Virus record (IMG/VR): IMGVR_UViG_3300030376_004391
Span: 1-49,391 of that record
From: a virus
Lineage: Duplodnaviria > Caudoviricetes
DNA length: 49,391 nt
Strand: one strand, 5' to 3'
Under the pieces are notes generated by a model. It did not search any database and was not told the origin of the DNA. It worked only from the letters and a program-made list of their open reading frames with translations. The first letter of the stretch is position 1; each line of letters starts with the position of its first letter. Shown here in pieces: positions 25,934 through 36,422 of the stretch. Made by a program: the position numbers and the translations under genes.

Positions 25934-28900
25934 ACTCCGCCGAACAATCCGAAAATCCAGTTTGCTGTGTCCTCGCTTTTAACGGAACTTTGTCCACCGA
26001 AAACATTGTCTCCCTTCTCCCAGATGTTCAAAGCGTCTGGAGTGTATCCGGTATCAACGAAGTTCCCTGCTTCATCAACCTTTGTGATGAACATTGCTTC
26101 GGTTCCCATGGTTGTCGCTTCTAACGGTGATTGTAGTTTGGGGATTGATAGGTCAACCACGTCACTCGCTTTGTCTCCATAAGTTCCGATATCTCCTCTG
26201 ACTCTTTGTGTTCCCACTTGCGCTCCGCTGGTGTTGTAGGTCTTGCCTGCATATGGGTTGATGAACTCATCTTCAATTCCGACTTCACTTGATCTGAAGC
26301 CAGCGATCTTTCCTCCTGTTGTCGTTCGGTTGTATTCGTTGATTCCCATGATGTCGTTCATTGTTCTTTGCTGATATCGGATATCGTTCGGATCCACCTT
26401 CGGTCCGTCCAATGCTTTGAATCTGTACCAGCCTCGCTCCAAAGCCAAGAACGTTCCGTTCTGGTGTTGCATCATGTGAGTCAGTTCGTGCGCCATGGTG
26501 CTGGTTGTCATTCCGGTTCCTTGAATGTTGATGAAACCGCCTGCGTTGATAACGTCATCGCCGATCATGAATGGAGAGTTTTCCAGATCTATCATTTGAT
26601 TAAGCCAGCGTTGCTCCGATAGTCCGAACAAGATATCGTCATTGCGTTCAAATCCGCTGTAATATGCTCTGTCCCAGTGAGCCTTGCTACTGTTCGCATC
26701 AGTTCCCAGAACGATTCCTCTGCGCCTGATAACGCCTTGTTCTATTTGTTTCTTTGTGGTGGCGTTGTAACCGCTGACTTTTCTGTTTGCGCCATCTCTC
26801 GCTCTCTTTCCGTACACGTCAGCACCGTCCATGGTGAATGAATCTTCCAGTCGTTGAGTCCACTTTGAAGGCATGAACTCCATTGCGTCATCAAGTTGTT
26901 GAGCGACCATATCTTGATATCCCTTCGGACCGAGTTCCTTCCCAGTCGCCTGAACCTTTTTCGTTCCCCATGCGGTCTTTCCTGCATCTTTGGATATTGG
27001 ACCTTCAATGACGTTGCCGTCTGAAGTCATTCTGCCGAACATAACGTTCTCAAACGTCTGACCGGTTTCTCGTGCTTCGGACAGGACTTGCTTTCGCAAT
27101 ACTGCCATGTCTGCCGGAACGATTTGAACGTCGTATCTTTCAGGATCAACAAGTCTGACTAGTTTCTTGAAATCGCTGACTGCTTTCTGCTCGGACAAGA
27201 CCAACGAATCAAAATCAAATAGTTCTGTGAATGTCGTCAAATCTTCATCTGCATATCCGGCGAGTTCATGCCTCTGAGAGAATAGTTTGCTTCCGTCAAG
27301 GCTTTCAATCAGATCAATGTCAATATCAATGTCGCCGAGTTCTTCTAGTTCATCTGCGTAGTTCATCAGACCGGATTTCTTGAGTTCGTCTAGGCTGTCT
27401 GTGTGTAGTTTGACGAGTATGTCATCAACTCTCCTTGTGTGTAACGCTCCGCCCTTAGAACTCCATTTCCTTCCTGTGCCGAGCATGTCCATCGGCGTGT
27501 CCAACGCTGTGAAGTACATGTCCATCGCTTCATCAAGAACTTCTTTGAACTCTCGCCGATATAGATACTGGGTGGAGTCTGGAATGTCCACTTCGTTTGC
27601 TCTTGCCGATTGTCTCTCCATTATCCTTTGGATCCTTGGAGAATCCTTTTGGCGGACACCGACAAGGCGGTCTCTTAACTCTGTTAGGCTTTCTGCATTA
27701 ATTGGCTTTCCAATGCGTTGGTCAATGCCACTCGGATTCTTAGTTTCGTATTCAATCCAGTCATTCAAGAAACTTTCTAGTCTTTCCACTGATGCGTTCG
27801 GTGGAAACGTATCAAGCGCCGGAACTGCCTCGGCTACTTCGTCCAAGTTCATGAACACATCAAAGTCTCTTTGCTTCTTTTTTATGCTGACGACTTCTTT
27901 GATATCTGAATAAAACTCGGATTTCCCTGCGCCGTCTCTGGCAAAGTATTTCTTCTTTTTAATTTTGAAAATGTCTCGTGAATCTGCTTGCTTGACTAGC
28001 GCTGGAATCAATTCGCTTGACCATTTAGTCACCGCTTCTTGTGGAACTAAACCTTGAGCCATAAGATCGTCAATTACTTTCAAATGATGCCCCAACTGGC
28101 TCGCTCTGGCATCTTTTAGGAAGAAACTGTCTACAAGATCTCTTATTCCTTCAACTTGTTCTTCTGATAGGAAAGTCCGGAGCGCTCCTTTGGTTTGTTT
28201 CCCATCAACGACCAAGACGACTTCTGTGTCTAGCCCATTCGGGAACGTGTCATTCAACCAATTATTGATCGCATTCGTATCAAACTCCATTTCGTTTTGA
28301 ATGTGTTGAACCTTCGCTGGGTTCTCCGGATCATAAACAAAACTCCTCCTGTCGTCATATTCTAAATTCCGAGAACCTAAGCCTCCACCAAGTTCAGGAT
28401 CAGCGAGTTCATCAATTTGACGTTGAACAGTTTGCTTCGCTTCAAGTATTTCATCAGCGGTTTTTCTTCCTGCTGATTGAGAAGCAACAAAGTCATCGGC
28501 TCGGCGAACTGCTTCTTTCTCCATTGCTTCACCGAGAGCGTTGAGTTTAGCGATCGCATCGTCAACATATCCGTCCATTTCTTCGGGTCTGATCGCCCAC
28601 CGTTTCTGAAGGCGGTCACGGAGTTGGCGTTCCGTCACCATGGTCCCACGACTCTCAGCATCTCTGATTCTTTTGAACACTGGATCTCCGCCTCGGATTG
28701 TTTCGTCAGGGAAATCAATTTCGTCAACTATTGTGCGCCCAGAGAACTTCCGTGATTTCGTGACTCTTGTTCCCTTCTGTGTTACGTTTCCGAGAACCTC
28801 ACCAGAATCTCTCGTCCATTCAGCCGTTTCTCGTTGGATCTGGAGTCCCTGCAACCGGCGTTTTGAGTCAAGGGTGATGAGTGCCTCCTGAACTTCGTCC

Positions 28901-30498
28901 TGAAGCCTGCGAATCTCCTCAGCGACTTCTGGCGGTGTCGGCGGACTTGTCATCAACTTGTATCCCTGATCGCCTTGGAAATGAGAAAGCGTTGAAATCT
29001 CATCAACCGCTTTCTGTACTTCAACGTCAATCATTGTGTCAGTCAAATATCTTTGTTCATCAATATCTAAATCCGCCCACTTTCGTCCAGCGTCGTCCCA
29101 GACAAAGTTGTCCACATACTCATCAATATCTGTGATCTCATCTGGTATTGGAACAACGTCATCAACGACTTCAGCGACTTCATCAGTGACCGCCGTTGAT
29201 TGCATCGGTTTCGGATCTGGGATTGTGTCCGGCGCTCCGCTGGCTGTAGCGCCACCGGTTTGGATTCCAGCCAGAGATTGGTTCTGCTGGTTAGCGAAGT
29301 TCCAAACAAATGGATTGCTGGCGGTTCCGTCTCCGCTGACAGTTGGTACACCGTACACTGGAACGTTCGGGATCAGGAGCCAAGTGCAACGACAGTTCGG
29401 GTGAACGAACGCTGGCTCTCCTTCGTACCATGATTCGTTGTAGGGTACAGCGACACCGTTGAGCGGTCCGCAGATGTAGCACGCATCTTGAGGAGCGGTG
29501 ATCCATTGCCGTTTGGCTTTGTCCCTGTCAAACAATCCCTTTGCTGATGCCTGATCGGAGGCGTGAAGCCTTCCTGCATTATTCGCTCTCATGATTTCTG
29601 TTCTGGAGATCATCTTGGCTCTGGACCTTCGGAGTTTGTTGGCGTATTTGTCGCTCCGTTGCTGAACGATCTTCAACGCTTTGGAACCGGTGATTCCTCT
29701 TTCGGTGAGATCCAGAGCGGTTTGTTCAGCGAAGTTAGCGACAGCGTTGGCGTATCTGGGGAACAAACCATTGGCGTTGATGCCGTAAACCGATCCGAGG
29801 CGCTGAGATACAGAGTTCAGGGGAACAGCCTCTGAGAGAAGCGCTGTGAGCGCTGTGGCGGTTTGCTGATAAGTTCGTTGCTCTTGGAATGCTCGCCCGA
29901 CCAGAGAACGAACGCCAGCGATGTTTGTGTCTGCCAGATCCGTGACCATGCTCGCCGAGGACTTGACCGCATACGCTTCCGCCGTTGGGCTGGTCCGGTC
30001 AAACCGGAACCTCATGATTGCTTCTGATGGTAGAACATCATCGGCTTTGGTGACTTTCTTGAATCGTTTGTATTCTTTGCTCAACTGCTTTGTGAACTCT
30101 CGCATTGAGTATTCGCCAGAGTCCAGATATTGGTCCAGCAGAACTTCCCTGAATCGTTCCTGATATTCTCCTGTCACGAGATGAACGTTGAGATCGTATT
30201 GAGATTCGTCGTTGAGCGCCATGGAAGTCACCGGACCGATCGGAAACATTTCAGTCACCAGAGTTTCCACCAGAGGTTTCGTTTCTTCCCAGCATTCCAT
30301 GATGAGGTCCGCTAATTCTTTCTCTCTCCGGTTCAGATCACCGATGCCAGCGATCCGCCACGCTGGTTGCCCTGACTCTCGTTTCTTCTCAACGTTGGAG
30401 TGGTGCTTTGTGGAGACGTGGCAGTTGTCGTGATGTTCGTGTGGGAGGCTCAGGAGAATCTCTGGAACTCTCCGCCTCTTAGCGACACGGACTTTCAC
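25930..30498 (-). CDS. MuF (SPP1 gp7-like) minor head protein with ~1100 aa C-terminal extension
   Basis: RAKMISRTE...W.....C.IC...HPNCRC; HELTH near the C-terminus; follows portal. Confidence 0.85.
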   Translation of the reverse strand: MKVRVAKRRRVPEILLSLPHEHHDNCHVSTKHHSNVEKKRESGQPAWRIAGIGDLNRREKELADLIMECWEETKPLVETLVTEMFPIGPVTSMALNDESQYDLNVHLVTGEYQERFREVLLDQYLDSGEYSMREFTKQLSKEYKRFKKVTKADDVLPSEAIMRFRFDRTSPTAEAYAVKSSASMVTDLADTNIAGVRSLVGRAFQEQRTYQQTATALTALLSEAVPLNSVSQRLGSVYGINANGLFPRYANAVANFAEQTALDLTERGITGSKALKIVQQRSDKYANKLRRSRAKMISRTEIMRANNAGRLHASDQASAKGLFDRDKAKRQWITAPQDACYICGPLNGVAVPYNESWYEGEPAFVHPNCRCTWLLIPNVPVYGVPTVSGDGTASNPFVWNFANQQNQSLAGIQTGGATASGAPDTIPDPKPMQSTAVTDEVAEVVDDVVPIPDEITDIDEYVDNFVWDDAGRKWADLDIDEQRYLTDTMIDVEVQKAVDEISTLSHFQGDQGYKLMTSPPTPPEVAEEIRRLQDEVQEALITLDSKRRLQGLQIQRETAEWTRDSGEVLGNVTQKGTRVTKSRKFSGRTIVDEIDFPDETIRGGDPVFKRIRDAESRGTMVTERQLRDRLQKRWAIRPEEMDGYVDDAIAKLNALGEAMEKEAVRRADDFVASQSAGRKTADEILEAKQTVQRQIDELADPELGGGLGSRNLEYDDRRSFVYDPENPAKVQHIQNEMEFDTNAINNWLNDTFPNGLDTEVVLVVDGKQTKGALRTFLSEEQVEGIRDLVDSFFLKDARASQLGHHLKVIDDLMAQGLVPQEAVTKWSSELIPALVKQADSRDIFKIKKKKYFARDGAGKSEFYSDIKEVVSIKKKQRDFDVFMNLDEVAEAVPALDTFPPNASVERLESFLNDWIEYETKNPSGIDQRIGKPINAESLTELRDRLVGVRQKDSPRIQRIMERQSARANEVDIPDSTQYLYRREFKEVLDEAMDMYFTALDTPMDMLGTGRKWSSKGGALHTRRVDDILVKLHTDSLDELKKSGLMNYADELEELGDIDIDIDLIESLDGSKLFSQRHELAGYADEDLTTFTELFDFDSLVLSEQKAVSDFKKLVRLVDPERYDVQIVPADMAVLRKQVLSEARETGQTFENVMFGRMTSDGNVIEGPISKDAGKTAWGTKKVQATGKELGPKGYQDMVAQQLDDAMEFMPSKWTQRLEDSFTMDGADVYGKRARDGANRKVSGYNATTKKQIEQGVIRRRGIVLGTDANSSKAHWDRAYYSGFERNDDILFGLSEQRWLNQMIDLENSPFMIGDDVINAGGFINIQGTGMTTSTMAHELTHMMQHQNGTFLALERGWYRFKALDGPKVDPNDIRYQQRTMNDIMGINEYNRTTTGGKIAGFRSSEVGIEDEFINPYAGKTYNTSGAQVGTQRVRGDIGTYGDKASDVVDLSIPKLQSPLEATTMGTEAMFITKVDEAGNFVDTGYTPDALNIWEKGDNVFGGQSSVKSEDTANWIFGLFGGV

Positions 30499-30500
30499 GT

Positions 30501-31829
30501 CTAGACTTCTTCAGCAGATTCCGCTGGTAGCCCAGCCACCTCTCTCAAGTATGATTCAAGACCTTCATCTGGGAACAGCATCGCTCCGGCTCCGCTAATG
30601 TTTTGAATGAACTTGGACAGGGCTTCAAGATCAATGTTTGTCGGTGGCGTGTATCTCAACGTCGGTGTCAGTTCTTCAGAAATGCCGTTGATTCTTAACA
30701 GTCGGCTGAATCCATAGTTTGAAACGACTTCGGCGATTCCGTACAGCCAAGCGTCCAGTGAATCAGTGAACAACTGGATCTTGGAAACTGACAGCGCTTG
30801 AGTCCCGACTTTCTCATGACCAAGGAGAATGAAGTCGGCAAGGAGACTCATGGCGATCCTCTGATCGTATCTATTGATGATCTCAGAGGTGTCAAACTGT
30901 CGTGAACCGCCAGTGGCGAGCAGTTTCAGATCATAAGCAAGATTGCCGTCCTCGTCGTATGCGAGAGGGAACACAATGCCCTCCTGCTCGTCCCTTTTAA
31001 TGTTCCGGACGATCTGCTTAACAGCGCTTAATGCCTGCTGTTCTTGCGCTGTAGCGTTGTCTGAGAGGAGATGCGGAGGCACGAGAGCGATTGGCATACC
31101 AGCCAGATCACGCTCAACGCCGATTGCTTCTATCTCTTGAATCTTTGATTTCATGTACCAAGGAACGAACGCATTCCGGAGAACTGAGCGACCGTTCGGA
31201 TTGTTCATCTTTGAAGTTGTGCGGAACAGGAGCGACTTCTCTATCGGTAGGAACACCAAACTGGATCCGGCGAACGTGGCGTACATGTCTCGTTGGAACG
31301 CTCCGTTGATTCCACCGTGTTTGTCCATGTCCCATTTATGGATTGTGTTCTGGTTACGGATAGCGAGTTTGCGCCAGCCGATCATTCCGTCATTGTGTTT
31401 GGAGTTCGTTTCAGCCTTATCGGTTCTTCCCTGTCGGCGTTTGTAAACGATCTCATGATATGAAAATCCATAGATCAACATTGACATGATATTGGACAGG
31501 GTATCCGCCCAAGTCTGAGACATGTCAGAGAGGCACGACGCACAGAACTCGGCGACTTCAACTGACTTCTGATCTTCGGTGTCTGTCGGTTCTACAGTCC
31601 AGTCCACTCCACGAATCATCATCTCTATGGCATGGAGGCACGCTCCGATGACCGGATCGTTGTCTGCCATTTGCGTGTAGTTGGCGTAGGCTTTGCGCCC
31701 TTGTAAAGCACGCAAGAAATCCTGACGAACCGTCCCGCCGTATTGGACGAGACCAGAGGAACCGATCTCTCTGAAGTCGTTGGAAGAAGGTTTGACAGCC
31801 TTCTCAAAGTCGTTTGTCAAATCGGTCAT
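30501..31829 (-). CDS. Portal protein
   Basis: 442 aa after TerL; NP.GRSVLR..., ERDLAGMP. Confidence 0.85.
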   Translation of the reverse strand: MTDLTNDFEKAVKPSSNDFREIGSSGLVQYGGTVRQDFLRALQGRKAYANYTQMADNDPVIGACLHAIEMMIRGVDWTVEPTDTEDQKSVEVAEFCASCLSDMSQTWADTLSNIMSMLIYGFSYHEIVYKRRQGRTDKAETNSKHNDGMIGWRKLAIRNQNTIHKWDMDKHGGINGAFQRDMYATFAGSSLVFLPIEKSLLFRTTSKMNNPNGRSVLRNAFVPWYMKSKIQEIEAIGVERDLAGMPIALVPPHLLSDNATAQEQQALSAVKQIVRNIKRDEQEGIVFPLAYDEDGNLAYDLKLLATGGSRQFDTSEIINRYDQRIAMSLLADFILLGHEKVGTQALSVSKIQLFTDSLDAWLYGIAEVVSNYGFSRLLRINGISEELTPTLRYTPPTNIDLEALSKFIQNISGAGAMLFPDEGLESYLREVAGLPAESAEEV

Positions 31830-31869
31830 GAATACACCCTAGACCAACTCGTCAGAAATGTCACTGAGG

Positions 31870-33228
31870 TCATTGAGGGATCCATGGGTTGCTTTGCTCC
31901 AAAGAAACCGGAACGATCGCTGAGACTTCCCTTCTTCTAGAAACCATCAACTCGGTGATCGCCCAGACAACAGCGTCCAAGCGGTCCGGTGATGGTCCTT
32001 CGTGAGGAACCCATGAGCAGAGTTGGTCCTCAAGGTCGCTGAAGAAGCCGACATGATGGACTTTGCCTTGTTCGTAGAGGCTGGAAACCGGTTCGGCTCT
32101 GGTTTGTTTCCCTCTGGAAGCGTGAACGAGTTTGATTGGGAGGTTCGGATCTATCATTCGGAGTGTGTGACTGACCATCTCTCCGCCCTGATTGGATTCG
32201 GCGACGATCCTGTCGGCGTTGCTTCGGTGGTAGGCGGACACGACAGCGGTTCCCCATTCCAGCGGTGTTCCCCTGATTGATTTGTCGTCCAGAACATATC
32301 CGTGTCCTTCGGCGCTGACTCCGGCGACAACGATTCCTGTTTCTGCTGATGACTTGTTGCTGGTTGATGCTGGGTCAACGGCGACGATGATTCTGGTGAG
32401 GTCTGGGTGGTCGGTCACTCGGTGGCGGTCAATATCTTCCCGAACCCAGAGAGAGCCTTCCACGTCCTCAAGCACCTCGGCATGAATCTCCTGTCTCCCC
32501 AACCGGCTCCCTTCATAGCGAGCGAGGATCTCAGCCATGAACGAAGGAGCGAGGTTCTGCGAGTTCTCATAGGTTGATCCTCTGGTTACATGAACAGATC
32601 CGTCATTGATAGCGAGAAGTTCCCTGATGATCCTGACCGGTTTCGGCGTTGTCGTCACGACCGCTCTGGGGTGCTTCCCGATCCTGAGTCCCAACATTGT
32701 CATTTCATATGATAGGGGATACCGCCAAGAACTGACCTCATCTAGCCAAGCCAGATCTGCATTGTTGCCCCTTAATCTCTCAGGCTCGTCAGCAGAAAAG
32801 GCACTACAGACGGATCCGTTGCGGAAAGTCACTCGGCGCTTTGATGGTTCATATCGTGGTCGTTCGTCTTTGGGGAAGATCTTCAGCAGTCCAGACTCGC
32901 CTTCAATCATTGTGTCCCTGACCGCTGATGCTGTAGGACCAACGAGAGCGATATGTCTTGCCTTGTTCTGGTTGACTTGTTCCCTGATGAACTCGGCTCC
33001 GGTTCTGGTTTTGCCGAATCCACGACCGGCGAGGATCAGCCAGATCCGCCAGTCTCCTTCCGGCGTTCGTTGTTTGGGTCTTGCCCAGTATTCCCACGAG
33101 TTCAGAATCTCCGGATCGTTGACTTCCATTTCGTTGAGGATCTCCAGTCGTTCCTCGTTGGGTAGCCGAGCCAACTGATCCATGATTGACAGCGTTGGAT
33201 CCGTAAGCACGAGAGCAATGTCGTTCAT
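31870..33228 (-). CDS. terL: Terminase large subunit
   Basis: AGRGFGKTR Walker A, WLDE Walker B, TTTP, VDPA and PDRLDA nuclease motifs. Confidence 0.95.
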   Translation of the reverse strand: MNDIALVLTDPTLSIMDQLARLPNEERLEILNEMEVNDPEILNSWEYWARPKQRTPEGDWRIWLILAGRGFGKTRTGAEFIREQVNQNKARHIALVGPTASAVRDTMIEGESGLLKIFPKDERPRYEPSKRRVTFRNGSVCSAFSADEPERLRGNNADLAWLDEVSSWRYPLSYEMTMLGLRIGKHPRAVVTTTPKPVRIIRELLAINDGSVHVTRGSTYENSQNLAPSFMAEILARYEGSRLGRQEIHAEVLEDVEGSLWVREDIDRHRVTDHPDLTRIIVAVDPASTSNKSSAETGIVVAGVSAEGHGYVLDDKSIRGTPLEWGTAVVSAYHRSNADRIVAESNQGGEMVSHTLRMIDPNLPIKLVHASRGKQTRAEPVSSLYEQGKVHHVGFFSDLEDQLCSWVPHEGPSPDRLDAVVWAITELMVSRRREVSAIVPVSLEQSNPWIPQ

Positions 33229-33365
33229 GTGTACCTCAGCCAGATCACTCCGAGCGCAACCATGACGATCGGATATGCGTACAGGAGCGAGATTTCAAAG
33301 ACTTCCGAGATCGTCATGACCGCTACGAAAGCCAGAACCACGCACGTTCCCAGAAATTTAGTCAT
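33225..33365 (-). CDS. 46 aa membrane protein between terminase subunits (not in ORF track)
   Basis: MTKFLGTCVVLAFVAVMTISEVFEISLLYAYPIVMVALGVIWLRYT; ATGA overlaps at both ends. Confidence 0.7.
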   Translation of the reverse strand: MTKFLGTCVVLAFVAVMTISEVFEISLLYAYPIVMVALGVIWLRYT

Positions 33366-34069
33366 TCGTTCTTCCTGAGTATCTTCAAACCGTTCACAAC
33401 ATCTGCTCTGTCAGCGATCTCTGAGCGCTTCTCCGCCAGATCCACCTCCATATCAGTGATATTGTCCTCATTAGAGGCGTTTATAAGCGATTCTGAGGCG
33501 TTCTGAGGTGTTTCAGCGGTATTTACACCCTGATCGGTCTCAACAGCCTCTGTGAGCGCATCAGGCTCCTCTGACGTGGATTCAACATATCGGTCATGTA
33601 GCGCTTGAAGCCGGTCCTTCAGGATCTGCCCAACATCGGTTTTGATCTCATCGCCGTCCTGCCCAGAGATCTCCAACTGGCGAGGAGCGTCCAGTCCATG
33701 GAGTTTGCGCTTTGACTCCGTAACCTTCAACGCCGTTTCCATAATCCGCAAAGACTCAGAAAGCGTCAGCGTTGGATCCTCCAACATCTTGTATGTCCTG
33801 CGCCAGAGATCCTCAACACGCTCATTCTCAATCACCCTGAGTTCCGTCACCGACTCATGTCCCCAGTATTTCACCGCCGAATCAAAAGCCATCTTCGCTC
33901 CAGAGCGAGACTCATACCCGACATTCTCCGCAATCTCCTCAAAAGTAAGCCCAGCCTTCCGAAGATCAATGACTTTCATGTACTTATCAATCGTTGTTGT
34001 TGGCAAAGAACGTTTCATAATGTTCAGAGTATCAGTGTTCAGAGGAGCGTTCAGGGTTTTGGGGGTCAT
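33362..34069 (-). CDS. Terminase small subunit (HTH)
   Basis: LRKAGLTFEEIAENVGY, KLHGLDAP..LEISG; upstream of TerL; start uncertain. Confidence 0.75.
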   Translation of the reverse strand: MTPKTLNAPLNTDTLNIMKRSLPTTTIDKYMKVIDLRKAGLTFEEIAENVGYESRSGAKMAFDSAVKYWGHESVTELRVIENERVEDLWRRTYKMLEDPTLTLSESLRIMETALKVTESKRKLHGLDAPRQLEISGQDGDEIKTDVGQILKDRLQALHDRYVESTSEEPDALTEAVETDQGVNTAETPQNASESLINASNEDNITDMEVDLAEKRSEIADRADVVNGLKILRKNE

Positions 34070-34074
34070 TCTTT

Positions 34075-34419
34075 GTGTTTGGTTGGTGGTCTATTCTGGT
34101 TTCTATGTTTGGTGGTGAGGTTTCTTCTCCTCTGTTTGATTTTGATTATGCGTTCCCTCGTGGGGAGTGGATAGAGAAGGCTGAGTGTCGTGGGTTGGAC
34201 GTGTCTGCTTTCTTTCCTCCAAATGGTGTCCGCCCGAAGTTGGCGTTGCGTGCTTGTGAGAATTGTTCTGTGAAGCCGGAGTGTTTGGAGTGGGCGTTGG
34301 AGAACAATGTTCATTTCGGTGTGTGGGGTGGTTTGACTGAGCGTCAACGGTTTGATGAGAAGCGGAAGCGGAGAAGTGTTCTGTCTTTGGGTGACATTAT
34401 TGAGGGTAATGGTTTCTAG
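34075..34419 (+). CDS. whiB: WhiB-family transcription factor
   Basis: W...A.C...FFP...C..C....C....GVWGGLTERQR; true start probably downstream. Confidence 0.9.
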   Translation: MFGWWSILVSMFGGEVSSPLFDFDYAFPRGEWIEKAECRGLDVSAFFPPNGVRPKLALRACENCSVKPECLEWALENNVHFGVWGGLTERQRFDEKRKRRSVLSLGDIIEGNGF

Positions 34420-35459
34420 GAGATTGCTTTCAAACGGTTGATTGCTTCTGAAACACTTGTGCTTTCCTGAGCGACTGTTGATTCGTATTCGTATCGGTTG
34501 CCCCTGTCTGTTTCTGCTTCAAAGTGAACGTCGCAGATGAGGTCAAGGTTGATTGTGACGTGGACCTTGACTGCTTCCTGTTGGTTCTCAAGATATCGGT
34601 TGCCTGTGTACCAGACATCATCGTGATGGAAACTGGAGTGTGGCACTCCGTATTCTGAGCAGTCCAGCGTGAATGAAATGATGTTGCCCTTGGCGGTGAA
34701 GTCGGTTGCGACCATTTCGTGAATGTCAAACAAGAGAGTGGCGACTGTGACCGGTTCCATGGTTTGACCATCTTCCAGTTCCTGAACGATTGAGATTGCG
34801 TCAGTGACTTCTCCTCGGAGTTTCGCTCTCTGGAGGAAGATGCCCATGTCGTCTTTGATCGTTGCGTTGGTGACACTGTGGAACGCAACTTGTCGTTTGT
34901 AGGCGTAAGTTGAGGAAGGGAGTTTGATGAGCCAGTTGCGAATCTTGGAGACGAGTGCTTTGTCATGCTTGGCGACGTTCTTGAGAACTTCCTGAGTGAC
35001 TGTCATTGGTGTCCTCTTGTTGGCTTTCCATGTCTTAGCGAAAGCGTCAGCGGTTGCGTCACCGTAAACGAATCGGACGACATCAACGTAGGCGTTGAGG
35101 AACGCTGGACCATGACCGGCGGTGAGTCCGGCTGGGAGAGCGATACCAACTTCTCCCTTGAGGAGACTCATGCGGTGGTCGTTGAGAGCGTGAGCGAACT
35201 CGTGAACGACGATCCAACGCTTCATCATCTGTGGAAGGATTGAGATGGTGCGACCGTAGGCTCTCCAGAAAGAGGCTTTGCCTTTGTCGCCCTGAACGAC
35301 TGTGATTTCTTCCACGTCAAACTCTGAGCAAAGAACGTCAACGAGTTCTTGAGCGTCAGCGATAGAAGCAACGTCAATTTTGTTTTCGCCGAGTGCGGTC
35401 CAGAAGGCGTTTTCTATTTCGTAGGTATTTGATTTCTTGGAGTCAGTAGTGCGGTTCAT
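34416..35459 (-). CDS. HExxH metallopeptidase-like protein (cassette 4)
   Basis: VVHEFAHAL...GHGPAF. Confidence 0.7.
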   Translation of the reverse strand: MNRTTDSKKSNTYEIENAFWTALGENKIDVASIADAQELVDVLCSEFDVEEITVVQGDKGKASFWRAYGRTISILPQMMKRWIVVHEFAHALNDHRMSLLKGEVGIALPAGLTAGHGPAFLNAYVDVVRFVYGDATADAFAKTWKANKRTPMTVTQEVLKNVAKHDKALVSKIRNWLIKLPSSTYAYKRQVAFHSVTNATIKDDMGIFLQRAKLRGEVTDAISIVQELEDGQTMEPVTVATLLFDIHEMVATDFTAKGNIISFTLDCSEYGVPHSSFHHDDVWYTGNRYLENQQEAVKVHVTINLDLICDVHFEAETDRGNRYEYESTVAQESTSVSEAINRLKAIS

Positions 35460-35469
35460 CAGTCAGTCC

Positions 35470-35721
35470 TCAGATCTTGAATACAACGTGAAGTCGGAAA
35501 GCGAGTTCTGATGCTTCCATATCTGCTTGTGTAAGTTCGTTACTCGTTCCGCCTGTCAAGAATGCGTTTCGGATTTCTTCCATGTTGTCCTCACGGATTT
35601 TGTTGATGGTTGCTTTTCCGATGATTGCTTCCTCTTTGCTGTTTGTGTATCTGAAAGTTTTGATTGCTTCGTTGAGTTGTGCTGTTGTGTTCATTTGGTT
35701 GATCTCCTTGGTTGTTTCCAT
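35470..35721 (-). CDS. Cassette 4 hypothetical protein
   Basis: METTKEINQM leader. Confidence 0.75.
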   Translation of the reverse strand: METTKEINQMNTTAQLNEAIKTFRYTNSKEEAIIGKATINKIREDNMEEIRNAFLTGGTSNELTQADMEASELAFRLHVVFKI

Positions 35722-35845
35722 AGGTACATAATAGGCACAGATACCTAGTTTCGTACAACTTATTTGAAGATTTCTGCAAAAGTGCTGGTCAGCCCTCATA
35801 AATATCCCTCCGAAAACAGTCCCAAAAAGACCAAAACATTGAAAA
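35722..35845 (-). promoter_or_regulatory. Cassette promoter C4
   Basis: CAATGTTT, CTGACCAGC, TTGTAC-19-TATTAT, dyad 35732-35747. Confidence 0.85.
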
Positions 35846-36412
35846 CTACGCTTCCTCATTTTGATCGCTCACGATGAGTTGCTCGCCCTGCTTGGATCTA
35901 AGCATCGGGTTCCGATCTTCGTACTGGACGTTCCTTCCCTGATTCATTCCCAACGGAACCTCAACAGGGTTGCCGTCAGAGTCAACGATGGATTCCCAAC
36001 GTGGGAACTGTCCGGTCGGGTAGACATAGATCCAATACTCGTTCGCTGTGTCCACGAGTCTGGACTCGGCTGGGTAGATCATCACCGCTTCACGTTCCGG
36101 TCCAGAGACCTCGTTCTTGATCTGTTGCATGTGCGCCCATGGAACGATCGTTGTCCGGTTGTGATTGTGAACGCCGATCTCCAAATATCCTTCACGCTTC
36201 CGATTATCCTTGAACGTGACGCTGACCGTGTAGCGATCATTCCCCCAGACTTCATCTTTGTGAACGGCGCATCGGATCTCATCATCGGACATGTCTGGGA
36301 ACTCTGATCTGAGTCCGGCGATTAGTTTGTCCTCCATCACTTTTCTGACAGCCGGTGAGTCTTGCTTCAATGGTTGCCATGGTTTCTTCTTCGTTGGTTT
36401 CTTCTTAGCCAT
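35846..36412 (-). CDS. Hypothetical protein
   Basis: W..MQQIKNE..G.E.EAV..YP.ESRLVD.AN motif that I recognise from phage proteins; RBS before 36412. Confidence 0.7.
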   Translation of the reverse strand: MAKKKPTKKKPWQPLKQDSPAVRKVMEDKLIAGLRSEFPDMSDDEIRCAVHKDEVWGNDRYTVSVTFKDNRKREGYLEIGVHNHNRTTIVPWAHMQQIKNEVSGPEREAVMIYPAESRLVDTANEYWIYVYPTGQFPRWESIVDSDGNPVEVPLGMNQGRNVQYEDRNPMLRSKQGEQLIVSDQNEEA

Positions 36413-36422
36413 TCTAGTTTTC

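Noticed and set aside
33471-33510. GAGGCG(T/C)T clusters also near 6246, 19549 and 41671
   Set aside because: Short, mixed contexts; cannot be separated from chance without counting
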